DNA from: the human T2T-CHM13v2.0 reference genome, Homo sapiens
Length of the DNA: 64,000 bases
Assembly: GCF_009914755.1 (NCBI RefSeq)
Contig: NC_060931.1
Reading direction: 5' to 3' (one strand)
A program made the position numbers and the translations under genes. The notes under the pieces are model-generated. The model had not been told where the DNA came from, did no database searches, and was given only the letters and a program-made list of their open reading frames with translations. Each line of letters begins with the position of its first letter. Position 1 is the first letter of the stretch. Positions 14,016 to 34,280 of the stretch are shown piece by piece.

Positions 14016-15989
14016 AATAAACCCATAACTACTAAGGCAATTGAATCAGTAATGAAAAACCTCCCAACAAAGAAAAGCCTAGGCCCAGATGGCTTCACTG
14101 AGGAATTTCTACCAAATATTTAAAAAAGAAGTAACACCGGTCATTCTAAACTCTTCCAAAAAAATTGAATAGGGGAGAAAACATCCAAACTCATTCTATG
14201 AGGCCAGTATTACCTTGATACCAAAGCTAAACAAAGACACTCCAAAAAAAAACAAAAAACAAAAACAAAAAAAACTGCAAACCATTACCCCTAATAAACA
14301 TTGGTACAAACAAATCTTCAACAAAATACCAGCAAAAAGAATTCAATAGCACATAAAAGGATTATACTAACATGGCTATATGGGATTTATTCCTGCAATG
14401 CAAGGATGGCTCAATGTATAAAAGTCAATCAATATAATATATCGCATTAACAGAATAAAGTAAAAAAAAAAAAAACCTCATTATCTCAATTGATGCAGTA
14501 AAAGCATTTGACACATTTCAACACTTTTTAATGATAGAAACAGTCAACCAACTACAAATAAAAAATAACTACCTCAACATAATAAAAACCACATATGAAA
14601 ATCGCATAGCTAAAATTGTACTCAATGGTGAAAGACTGAAGCTCTTTCTCTAAGATCAGAAAGAAGACAAGGATGCCCACTATTGTCACTTCTATTCTAT
14701 ACTGGAAGTCTTAGCCAGAGAAATTAGGCAAGAAAAAATATATAAATAAAAAGCATCTAAATTAGAAAGGAAGAAGTGAAGTTATCTCTGTTTATAGATG
14801 ACATAATCTGATATTTAGAAAACCCTAAAGATTCCACCAAAAGAGTCAGTTAGAAAAGTGAAGTTTTAGGATACAAAATCAATGAACAAAACTCAGCTAG
14901 ATTTCTATACACTAACAATGAACAATTAGAAAAGGAAATTAAGAAAATAATTCCATTTATGATAGTATCAAAAATAATAAAATACTTAGGAATAAGCTTA
15001 TCCAAGGAGGCAAAATACTTGTACACTGAAAACTACAAAACATTGCTGAAAGAAGACACCAATGAATGGAAAGGCATCCTGTGTTCACAGATCAGAAGAG
15101 TTAACACTATTAAGATATCAGTACTATTAAAAGTAATCTATAGATTCAATACAATCCCTATCAAAATCCTAATGACATTTTTTTTAGAAATAGAAAAATC
15201 CCTCCTAAAATTTATATGGAATTTCAAGGGACACCAAATAGCCAAAACAATTTTGAAAATGAAGAACAAAGTTGGAGTTCTCACACTTCCTGATTTCAAA
15301 ACGTAATACACACCTATAGTAATAACAACTATATTATGAGTGAGGTATTGGTATAATGACAGACATATAGACCAATGGAATAAGATAAACGGCCCAAAAA
15401 TAAACCTTCACATATATAGTTGAATGATTTTTGACAAGAGCCCCAAGATCATTCAATGGGAAAAGGGAAGTCTTTTCAACAAACAGTGTTGGTAAAACTG
15501 TATACTCACATGCAAAAGAATGAAGTTGGACTCTTACCTTATACCATGAACAAAAATTAACTAAAAATGGATCAAAGACCTAAATGTAAGAACTAAAACT
15601 ATAAAACTCTTAGAATAAAACACAGGGAAGAAGCATGATGACATTGGATTTATCAATGATTTCTTGAATATGATGCAAAAAACACAGGCAAAAAAAAGAA
15701 AATAATAGAAAAATCAAACTCCATCAAATTAAAAAACTTCTGTGTATTAAATGATAGAATCAAAAGAGTGAAAAGACACCACAGGAAATGGGGAAAAAAT
15801 ATTTGCAAATCATGCATCTGATAAAGGGCTAATATTCTGAATACATAAAGAACTCCTACAACTCACAACTCAACAACAAGAAGCCCAACAACCTCATTTA
15901 AAAATGAGTGAAGGACTTGAATAGATATTTCTCCAAAGAAGATATAAAAATGGCCAATAAACAATGAAAAGATGCTCAACATCACTAAT

Positions 15990-16345
15990 TGCTAGTGATG
16001 TTTGTGTCTTCCCAAAACTCATACATTAAAATTTGAATCCCCAAGGTAATTATATTAGGAGGTGGGCCTTTTGGGGGAGCCGATTAGGTCATGAAGGCAG
16101 AGCCCTAATGAATAAAATCAGTGCCCCTTATAAAATAGGCCCAAGGCAGCTCTTAAATCCCTCCCATCATGTGAGGACACAGTGAAAGGCACTGTCTATG
16201 AGAAAGTGTGCCTTCATCAGATACCAAACATGGCTGCTTGATCTTGGACTTCCAAGCCTCCAGAACTGTGAGAAACAAATTTCTCTTGGTTATAAGCTAC
16301 CCAGTGTACAGTATTATGTTATAGTAGCCCAAATGGACTAAGACA
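15990..16345 (+). mobile_element. MLT1A/MLT1A0 solo LTR nested in L1MB
   Basis: TG...CA ends (...ggactaagaca), MaLR motifs; 5-bp TSD ctaat (15985-15989) / caaat (16346-16350) splits the L1 sequence atcactaatcattagg. Confidence 0.88.
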
Positions 16346-17369
16346 CAAATCATTAGGAAATATGCAAATCAAAACCAAAAGAAAATGCCACCTCACACCC
16401 ATTCAAGTGGCTACTATCAAAAAACCAGAAAATAACAAGTGGCAAAAATATGGAGAAATTGGAACCCTTGTGCACTGTTGGTGGGAATGTAAAATGATGC
16501 AGCCACTAGGGAACATTATGGTAGTTCCTCAAAAAATTAAAAATAGAATTGCCATATAACCCAGCAATTCCAAATCTGGTTATACACCCAAAAGAATTGA
16601 AAGCTGGGACTTGAAGAGATATTTGTATACCCATGTTCATAGCAGCATTATTCACAATAGCCAAAGGGTGAAAGCAACCTATGTTCATTAGCAGACGAAC
16701 GGATAAACAAATTGTGCTGTATATAAATAATGGAATATTATTCAGTCTTAAAAATAAGGAAATTCTGATTCATGCTACAACATGAATGAACCTTGAGGAC
16801 TCTATGATGTTAAGTGAAATAAGGCAGCCAGAAAGGATACTATATGATCCCACATATATGAGGTTCTTAGAGTAGTCAAATTCACAGAGACAGAAAGTAA
16901 AATGGTGGTTGTCCAGGGCAGTCGGGTGGGAGACCAGGGAGTTGCTGTTTAATAGGTACAGAGTTTCAGTTCTGCAAGATAAAAAGAGTTCTGTAGATGG
17001 ATGGTAGTGATGGTTGCACAACAATGTGAATGTAGTTAATGCCACTAAATTATACACTTTAAAATGGTTAAAATAGTAAATTTTGTGTCATGTGTATTTT
17101 ACATTTTTTTAAAAGTTCAAGTCTTGCTTGTCTTACTGCCCATGAGACTCAATCATCATAATTCAAGAAGTCCATTTCAAATATAGTATTAAAACTTTGA
17201 TTTTTATCTCAACATATAATCAGGGCTGCCACCCCTTTAAAATATAAAGGACCCCAAACAAGATGGTTTCACAAACTCCAGAGAGAAGCAATATAGTATT
17301 CACATCTGGATTATTTTCCCAGGAAAATTTTCACCTTCAACTCATCAATATCCCCCTCTTTATATCTAT

Positions 17370-17640
17370 GTACTTTGTTCAAGCAACATTTATTGAGGGC
17401 CTACTGTGAGCTAGGCACTAAGAATACTAGGAAGTCCTGGGCTTGAATCTATCAGGCCTCCTTATGTTGAGAATCTACACTTGAGCTAGATCTTGCAGGA
17501 TAAATAGAATTTGCCAAGTGACAAAACGTAGGGAACTGCATTCTCAGAAGCTGAAAGAGTGTGTGTGAAGGCATGTAATTGTGAAAGGGGAAGGTCCATC
17601 CTAGGAAATGGGAGACAAGAAGGCATGAGTGGAGACATGA
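17370..17640 (-). mobile_element. L2 fragment
   Basis: caacatttattgagggcctactgtgagctaggcact, reverse of L2 3' end. Confidence 0.55.
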
Positions 17641-18199
17641 AGCCAGGGAGAACAAGTTTCCAGCTCTCTGCCCTGCCTTCTTCTCACATAAGCTGCCTTT
17701 CCAATAATAAAGAGTTACCTCTAGGCACCTTGCATGCGTTCCAATAGTAGTAGAATTAGGTACCTATAAGTCTCTGTGGTCCTGGGGAAAGAAACGAGGA
17801 TGAGTATCTTAGGCCAAGGAAGGCAAATGCCTGCATGCATGCCACCACCACTCCCTTCTCCCAATTCCACAGCAGGCATGAGTAATGAGTTATCTCCCAA
17901 CTCCACAGCAGACATGACTAATAAATAATTGTGCTCTTTGTCTTCAAGGCTACACACAGTCTTGTATCCTCAGGACACAGCGTTCAGGCAGGCAGAACCA
18001 ATGAATCAGGATGGCACAGGAGATAAAACCTGTTTAACATCCATATCCCAAAGAGTAGCACGCTTTGGCTGACCCATGTTGAATATACAGCAAACAAAAC
18101 CTTGACCACTTGTCAGCAGTAAGGAATTTATGGTTGAAAGTTAGAATACATGGGTAGATCAAGGACGAATCTTCTCATGCTGAAGCTTACTTCCAGCTT

Positions 18200-18420
18200 T
18201 TGCAAACTCATATTTTTAAGTATCTTTCATGTGCCAAGGACCTAGTACATACCATATGTATTTTACTGCATGGACTATTCACAACACCCTAGCAAATGAG
18301 GCATCTTTATTCCCGTTGAAGATGAGAAAAGTGTGACACAAATATCTAAGTAATCTATCCAAGAAAATAAGTTTAGAAAGAAGCAAAGTGAAGATTTGAA
18401 CACTTGTGACCAACTGTACC
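18200..18420 (-). mobile_element. MIR fragment
   Basis: ttcacaacaccct...tttattcccgttgaagatgagaaaa...taagtaatctatccaag. Confidence 0.6.
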
Positions 18421-20113
18421 ATTTTGCCATCATATTGTGCTAATTAATTACATTTTAGGTATTACTTGTATCATCACATTTTGCATTTAGCACGGATATT
18501 GTTGAGAAGTCAAGAAATTACTCAAAAATGAAGAATATTCACAAAGTCAAAAAATAGAGGTCAAAGGGATATTGGCTGCAAATTCTAAGAAAACTATGCA
18601 TAAAACTGAACAAAGATCAGTCAGTATGAAGGTCTCACATGACACTTCATCACTGGTCTTGAAAGCTTATGATAGGTTCAGAAAAGTTACGGATTTCCAT
18701 CTTGCTCTAAGAATCAGGCATTCGCCATTACCCACATTTTTTTTTCTCTGTACCCAGACAGGTAGGACATGATGCTCTTTCTAGCATTAGGCATTCAACA
18801 GCATTTCAGTTTATCCCACGGGACCTCTTGTTGTCTAAAAAGATATACCACAGAAGGCTCTTGCTACCCAAGGGTAATTGCTATTACCTATACTTGAATC
18901 AACTTGATTTGGGTTCAGTGCCTGTCCATTACTCAGGGGAGAATTCCCCTCTGGGTGGAGAACGTGAAGATAGTTCTTCCCTGAGATCTCACTCTAGGCA
19001 AAAGTTGACTATCCCGAAGTATCTATCCTAACTTGTGTCTTTGTTGGACAAAAACTGTATCTGTCTTTTTCAAGTATTTCTTTTAAAGATATGTTTTATT
19101 ATGGCAGAATTATTTTATAATGCTTGCATTGTATTTTCAATTCCTAAAACACTATTTGTTATGTACTACTAAAGAGGGCACCATTAATACAATTTCTGTA
19201 AAGTTTTAAATTATTATCCAAGTATTTTTAAAATTCCCTTTCTATATAAACATTCATCACCACAAATAGATAAATGCATCCTTCAATATTTTCTCCTACT
19301 TACTCTGAATAAGTTAATGTGTATTTGGCAGGGATGCAACACAACTCATGTTACTGCCCCTTAGGGCTTCAAGTGTAAATATTTTCCAATGTCAAGATCT
19401 ACAGTCACAGCTGAAATCCAGGAATTGCTAAATCCTCATGCCAAAGCTGATTAAAACACACCAATGAAGTTGTAAGGAAGAGTGGCTTTCTTGCAGAGAT
19501 ATGAATATTAGATGAAATTTAGGGAGTCAAAATGATAAATCTGGGGTCACTGGTACACTCTAAAACCAGCTGCAACTAGAATGGGCACTCTCAAGGTGAT
19601 GTCACATGTGAAGGCCTGGGAGAAGGGGGCTTGTGTTCTAGCCCTAGCTCCACCTCTTGTAATCCATGTGGCTTTGACTCTGATCAGTAAAACGGAAATG
19701 AAAACATTTCCTTGCCTCCTACTCCATACAATTGTTATGAAGAGCAAATGCAGTAATGCATATAATATGCTCAGAAAGCCATAAACTTCTCTATCAAAGG
19801 CAAAGTTATTTAGACCCTTGCAAAGGCTGTTAGCATTTACATTACATTAAGGAATACTAGAGCTTTATATATTCAATTAATCCTTTAATCTCTTGCAATC
19901 AAGCCTCCATCTCTGTACACCATGACACTTTCTAAAGAATGTCTCAACTTAGAAGTTGAGAGAATGTGGAGGTAAAGTCACAAATGAACTAAAAAGTAAA
20001 CTGCCACATTCCATGTCTATGAGCCTTATCTCCATTGACTTCATTTTTACCATGGATTCCCCCTCCCTTAAAAATGCCTATGAAGAGGATGTTTTTAAAA
20101 TCAAATCATATTT

Positions 20114-21434
<1,321 letters not shown>

Positions 21435-22264
21435 AATCAAATCATATTTTAAATATATGAGGTTAGTTCACTTTGAAAGGGCATGCAGTGGTGAATCCTT
21501 TGGAACGTGAATTATTCTCATTCTATCTGCTGTGTAAATACAGATTTTTATATCTTGGGTTTGTTTGAACTATATATACACTTGAGCTGAATGGGCCCCG
21601 GGAGTCATTTATTTCTCAACTTCAACTAACAAACTGCTGTTCTTGGTGCACGATTGCTTCAGCAGCAGCACTGGGAAACAAGAAGGAAGGCAATGGATTG
21701 GGTCTCCAGCACCGTGCGTGGGGATGACTCTTTCAGGACTCAAACACACGCTATTGTGGCATTCAGGAAGAGGATTTCTCCTCTTCTCAATGAAAGGCAG
21801 TCTTAGTCATAACCAGCTAGCATATTGTATTAACTCTCGACAATATAGTTTTCTTAACTACAAGCTCCTAGGGGCAGATATTTTATTTCTTATTAAGCAT
21901 ATAATTTACCTGTGTAAAAGTACCACATGCAGTTTATAAGTGCTACCTAGACATGAATTAATAAAACAAATATTCAGAGAAAAGAAACAGTAAGCACCTA
22001 GAGGATTAGGTACTTACTCTAAGGATTAAATAACATTCCTTTATTAACTAATTATGCATCAAATCTAAAACAGGAATCTCAGCAGTCCTGAGTCATCACT
22101 TTGGTAAATCAAATGCCATGAATATGAATGAATATCGCTGGGTCCTCTCCCTCTTGCATCTTTCTCTCTCCCAGAATACTTTCTCAGCATGTCTTGCTAA
22201 TGAGTTGTACACTGGTCTTTCAGCCAGAAAAATTGAGGAACACACTGTTTTAAGAGTACCTGGG

Positions 22265-22801
22265 ATTGTTTTAATCAGAGATGGTAAGATATGCAAACGT
22301 AGAAATGACTGTCATAATGAAAAAAGTCTACTTTATACTTACAGGTCCCTGGAAACCGGAGGCATGGCATGCTGTGCAGGGCCACACGGGGAAGCACCAG
22401 GGCTGTCAGGAGACAGACAGAGTGAAGGGGAAACATGGACAAGAGCCTTCATTGTGGTTTCCACAGGAAGAAATTAGCAAGGCAGGGTAAGCAGGCTTAG
22501 GCTAGTTTGAATAATTTCATCAGGCTCTGGGGCTTAAGGGCTGTCCCTAGCTGTCTGGTGTTTGGCCCTGGGATGATTAGGGAAGGTAAATAGTGGCCCA
22601 TAGTGCAATAGCCCAGTAGAGGTTGTGGTTGGGAGTAGGGGCTCTGGATTGGTTGGTTCGCATATGAAAGATGTGCTTGGAGAGTTGTTTGCTCTCTCCA
22701 GGAATGAGCTGTCTCTGGAGGGGCAGTCCTTCCAGGGTTATCAAGGCCCCAAGATGTCAAAACATCCGAAATACAGAATGAAAAGACATGATTAATAGAC
22801 A
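22265..22801 (-). mobile_element. MER54-like ERVL solo LTR
   Basis: Reverse strand begins TGTCTATTAATCATGTCTTTTCATTCTGTATTTCGGATGTTTTGACATCTTGGGGCCTTG, matching the recalled MER54 5' end. Confidence 0.72.
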
Positions 22802-23054
22802 TACCCACTGTAGTTCTCTGAAATGATACAGGAAGTCAGGGATTAGATCAAAACATGCACTTTACCACACCCCTCACTTCTGACCAGGACTTTTCTCAGG
22901 AAGACTCTGAGAATGTGGTAGCAATACAAATTTGAGTTATGGAAATAGGTTGTCTAAGACTTTTCATTGAATAACCAGAAAACCAGTTTTTCGAGCTGAT
23001 AATACTGGGAAGTCCTCAACTTAGGATATGTATCAAGCCCGTAAGTAATGTCGT

Positions 23055-23530
23055 CAATTAGAGTTAGTTTCAGCTACATGTGACTGAAAATCAAATTTGT
23101 AACAGTGGTTAAAACCATATAAATCTTTGTCTTTTTCATGTAAATAAAGTCTGGAAGCAGGCAGTCAAGGGTAGGTATAGCGTTCTGTTCCACTAAGTCC
23201 TCAGGGATCCGGGCTCCTATGAGCTGGGGCCAAGCTACCCCTAGATTCTCTTTTGGTCCCCATGATCCAAGATGGAGGCAATTATGTTCCGGGCAACAGG
23301 ATGGAGGAAGAAACAAAGGATAAGAGAGTAAAAGGCACATACCAGCTGTCTTTTATGGTTCCCGGAGTTATCACATGACATTTTAGTTTTCTCCCATTAG
23401 GCAGAACTTAGTCACATGGTCATACCTAGATGCAAAAAAACCCTGAAAAACGTATTTGTTATATAGCTCAACTAAAAATCAAAGACTTTTATGATTGACT
23501 TTGGGAGACAACTAATGGTCCCTGTCACAG
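23055..23530 (-). mobile_element. MLT1J-like MaLR LTR
   Basis: aaagtctggaagcaggcagtcaagg...cccattaggcagaacttagtcacatgg. Confidence 0.7.
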
Positions 23531-23549
23531 CATTCTGTTTTGAGCTTCC

Positions 23550-24440
23550 ATTCCTTCCCTTCTATATTCTCTTCTCTTTTATGCCACCCCCAGCACCTCC
23601 AAAAGTGGTCGGCTAGACACTTTTCAAACCAGAAATCTGTCGTCTTAAACTTCACTTTTTCTCTCACTCTCCACATTCAGGCCAAAACGAAGTCTGACTT
23701 TTCTACCTCCAAGTCTCTTTTAAGCAATTTCACAAGAGGGTCTTGCTGTCACCTTCTAACTGGTCCACCATCCTCCAGACTTACTGCCCCTTCACCTTGC
23801 CTGATACCCCCACACCCATTCCAGATCATGCTGTACTCTACAGCAGGAGCCACTTTCAGAATGCTCATCGATCATTCCGATTCCTATTCCTAGTCAAAAT
23901 ATAGGCATGTTTCTTCCTGCCTAGAGTCCTGCAGGGGTGCCTCGTGGCCTTCAGCTTAAAATTCAAATCCACTGGCATTGTATATGAGACCCTCCATGAT
24001 GTGTGGTCCCCATCTGTCTCTCTCACTTCATCCTCCGACTCCTGCACATACTATAACAGCCCTACAAGATCTCAAACCCACCATGCAATTTAGAGACTCC
24101 ATCCATTTGTGCATGCTGTGTTATTTGGAATGCTTTTCTCTGCTCTTTCCATCTAGGGATTTCTGGGTCTCCCCTAGGCCTAGGTTATCCATCTTTGGGA
24201 AGTATTCATTGACTCCCACTCCTGGTACCAGACAGGTACTGCTTCCTGGGTGCCAACCCCCAAGCCTAATATATACCCACTGGCCACAATATGGTGCAGT
24301 GATTTATTGACACATTTTTTTATCATATCAAGTTCTGAGTTTCTGCAAGATAAGAATTGCATCTTACTTATCTTTGTAGAACTAATACTCAACAGTATCT
24401 GTTGAGAAACAGGTCCCCAGTAAATGTTCATTAAATAAAC
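23550..24440 (+). mobile_element. L2 3' region
   Basis: Pyrimidine-rich plus strand with L2 motifs, ending ...cagtaaatgttcattaaataa. Confidence 0.7.
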
Positions 24441-25139
24441 AGACCCTTTGCTGACGGGGAGATGCTGTCTGAGCTTGGAGCTCCTACAGCACATTGGCAT
24501 GTCCACAGTTGCATGTCCCTTCACTCTTGAGTAGCAGTTGGCTGGTGTCACCAGCCAGAATCTCAACTGTGAACTGTGCTGTGCACTACTTGGCCAGGGG
24601 CCATTCCAGTGACAGCTGTTTGGAGGCATGTCCATGTACCTGTGAGTGTTCGTTTGTAAAACAAGCAGGCCAAAAGCCACCATTGTATATCAAATATTTC
24701 AAAGTCAAATTATGACCCTTGTGGATGACAGAACCGGCCTTAATTTTTACAGTATACTTTGATGGTGACCCTATCCTAAAATGTACCGTTGTGAAGACAT
24801 CAACCCACGAAAGTTTGCACTGTCTGTTGTTAAGATTCAGATTCTATGCAGATTCTGCAACCCATACCCCACTCATTAAAGCAACTTTGGCACTTTTTTA
24901 ATCCATTCAGTGACCGTGACACTAGAGATTTTTAGCATGAGGCAGTTTGAAGTAAATTAAATGGTGAATTGAGATGCTGTGGCAGCTTCTGACGGCAAGT
25001 GAACCATGGAATGAAAGGTGGCCCAGGAGACCCTAAGGAAGGGTCCCTGCTTGTGATAACACCATCAGGTGGGGCCCCCTTCCAAGCCTGCTGCAGAACT
25101 CTGCAAAATGGTCTTTGCCGGGGTGGTTGGGCGTGGGGG

Positions 25140-25580
25140 AGGGATCCAGATTGGGATCCTAGCTCCACATCCTGGCTTTGCCATCTGCCAGCTTTGTAAT
25201 GCTTGAAGAGTTACTCGGCTGCTTTATGCCTCCATTTCCTTGTAAATTGGAGAATTACACCAGAGTTACTTGATTGTAAAAATTAAATTAGATAATTTAT
25301 GTGAAGTGGCTAGCACAAAGCCTGATCTCGATTAAGTGCTCCATAAACGTTAAAGATTAATTCCATTGTGATTAAGAAAAGAGTCAGTATTATTATGGAC
25401 CCAGACTCGCTGGGATTGAATCTTGGCTCCATCATTTCCCAGCTGTGTGTCCTTGAACAAATTATTTAGTTTCTCTGTGCCCCAGTTACCTCATCTGTAA
25501 AACAAAGCTAATATTAGGTTATTCTGAGGAACCACTGAGACGAGGTATATAAAGTACTTAAAACAGTACCTGGTGCATTT
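25140..25580 (+). mobile_element. Two adjacent MIR elements
   Basis: MIR cores at ~25140-25350 and ~25380-25580 (ctctgtgccccagttacctcatctgtaaaa). Confidence 0.7.
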
Positions 25581-25933
25581 AAAAAGGGAGCCTCCTGATT
25601 GGTGCACTTTCCAATGTGCCTTTGAATAAGATATACAGGATCTGGGTATATTGGCAGATACACTGGCAGCAGTAACTAGGGTTAGAGTTAATACTAATAG
25701 TACTAGTAAGCAGCAGCATTACTTTACCAATTAGTAACAGCTTCCATATTTTGCATGCATATTCTATGCCACACACAAGCATATGTGGAAGTTTCTCCTT
25801 ACCTGTCTCCCTCCCCGACTCCCACAAAGCTCACCTGATTTTCCCCATGAGGTTGACACTGGACCCAGCCCAGGGCTGGCCATGTCCTTTGATTTAATAG
25901 TATATATCTACCCTTTCACACAATGCTTAGCAT

Positions 25934-27565
25934 CAGTCTGGTCATAATCCCAAAAAACACAGTCCATAATACTGAAATCTAAAAAAGTCAAAATCCCTAA
26001 CATCTAATATCCCAAAAATCACAATCTTGAAAAATTTAAATCCCAAATATTGAAATCCCAAAAGCAGAATTCTGGGGAAGGGATTAGTGCATCTTTAGTG
26101 ACATGCAGGATAGTTGCATCATGTTAGTTGCATCATGTTGGGTGGAACTATTATCTTGGTATTGTCTATATGTGCATTTGGCAGAAAATTCAGATGAGTG
26201 GATGGGCCATTCAATAAGGCGTTAAGGAAAACTTCAGTTTAAAAATGTGTCATTTGCCTGCAATGGCATTACTTCCAGTCGATGAAATTCTGAGCTTTGA
26301 ATAAATTAAAGCTTCATTTGTCTGAAGAAGCCAGCAATTTTTAACTGGTTTGAAAATAATTACGTGCAAAGCAGGGTAAGAAGACATGCAACAGTGTTGC
26401 CTTTGATCACCAGTATTGTTTCTGCCAAATGTGTGGTTTATATACGAGTGCGTGCAGAATGGATTTCCATGTACCCAAAACAACACAGAAGCATTGTACA
26501 GAAAATGAGAAAATGTAATAGGGAATGCTCATGTCAGTGTATATCAAATCATAGAATTTGAAGAGCAGTGTTGCATAGAAAATGAAGATGAAAATATTCT
26601 TTGAGGAGAGCCATGACCTTCAAGAAAAGAAGCAGCTATTCATTTATGACTCAAGACTTCAAAAATATAGTGAATGATCATGAAAGTTGGCCAGCTTTTA
26701 TGGACTACCTCTTTGCAATTGCCCATAACCTAGCCCTGTAATATACCTTTTCATGTGTCAATTTTTTTTGACTTTTCATGATTTTTTTTCATTTTTTTCC
26801 ACAATTTTAACTTGTCAGCATAATTTTTTTTTAATTTGATAAGCTATGTATTTCATCTTCACATCATTTCCAACACTGGACTTGTATAAATTGGTGAAAA
26901 CTTTTAGAGAGTTCTAGTTCATTTTATGCATTTTTTGCAAATTTGACACCATGAAAGGGCATTATCACAACGTTGACTTTATGTGGAAGCATTGTGTGTG
27001 TACATAAAAATGTAAAAACTTCCTCAATAAATGACAAGATGTCTTTTTTGTACATCTGCACTTGTGAAAGATAAAATTTCTTGAGATCTTGGCTCTTTGG
27101 GTGACTATGTGGGTGTTGGTGACCCATCACGGTTTTTGCTCAATCTTGTCAAAACTTAGGTTGTCTGTCACCGTATTTTAGATGACCACAGTTATAAAAA
27201 TGAGTGCATGCAATTACCAACCATAGTGTTATGTGTCAATACATTTTGCTTTTTGACCTATTTTTTTATGAATATGGTTTGTCTGCCCATAACTGTTATA
27301 CCTGCCATTGGTATAGCTGAGTGTCTACTCTTGTAAAAATATGTATGTTATTATTGCCTGTTTTATTGTGGAAAGTGGCCTATGAAGTGTTCTGTCATGT
27401 TTTTACGCTTCTCAAATAAATCTCCTTTTAAAATGTAAATAAATGTCTTTTAAATGATTTAAAATATTTTTTCCAGAACTATTTTTGGGATTTTGATTTT
27501 TCAAGATTCCAACATTCAGGATGATGGCATTCGGGATTGTGTCTTTCAGAATTTTGCCCAAACCC
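25934..27565 (+). mobile_element. Ricksha (MULE/MuDR) DNA transposon
   Basis: Subterminal AATCCC-rich repeats at left mirrored by GGGATT-rich repeats at right, ending ...CCCAAACCC; internal decayed transposase-like sequence. Confidence 0.82.
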
Positions 27566-28219
27566 AGCTGGCATATAGTAGTGTTCAACAAATATGACAT
27601 GAAGTACAACAGGGCTGCCATGTTGCACAACTTAGGATGCGGTATATGTGGTGCTCTAGCCTGTTCCTAGAGCAAGGTTCTACCAAACTTTAGCAGTGTT
27701 CCTACAAACTCCCTATGATGAAGCTGCCACAGTTTATCTATGCTAGTGCCTGAGTGTGAATTATTTCAGGATTACAGCTGCAGAGTGGTTCATAAACCTA
27801 TAACTGTATCTTAATTATGGTAGCATGACTTCCTGGCCTCTAGTGTTGACAATCCAAAATAACTGCAAATTTTCATTACCACACTAATATTTACATATTG
27901 ATCATTTAAAAAGCAGTGATTAGTCAATATTTTATAAGTGATCTTCACACTTTTTTTTCTATCCCTCCAGAAAAAGCGTCAGTATGACTCTGCTGAATGT
28001 CAATTACAGCCAGGCAATATTGTCATATATTTATTGTGTTACTCCATCTATTGCCTTTCTTTCTAACATAACGTGTAGTTTGGATTTCAACTGTTTGTTT
28101 ACATAGCCACTCCCTTTCCCCTGTAAGAACTTTGAAAAACTATGTGCCCCCAGCACATACTTAAGTAGATACTTAATATTTTTCATAAGTCTAAATAGTT
28201 GCAAAGGATGTTATTTCTG

Positions 28220-33545
<5,326 letters not shown>

Positions 33546-33549
33546 AAAT

Positions 33550-34280
<731 letters not shown>

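Larger units (their letters stand above)
13520..17110 (+). mobile_element. L1MB-type LINE (ORF2 + 3'UTR, 5'-truncated, decayed)
   Basis: ORF2-like peptides (14959-15306, 16362-16559); L1MB 3'UTR (gtagtcaaattcacagagacagaaag...gatggttgcacaacaatgtgaatg). Confidence 0.92.
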
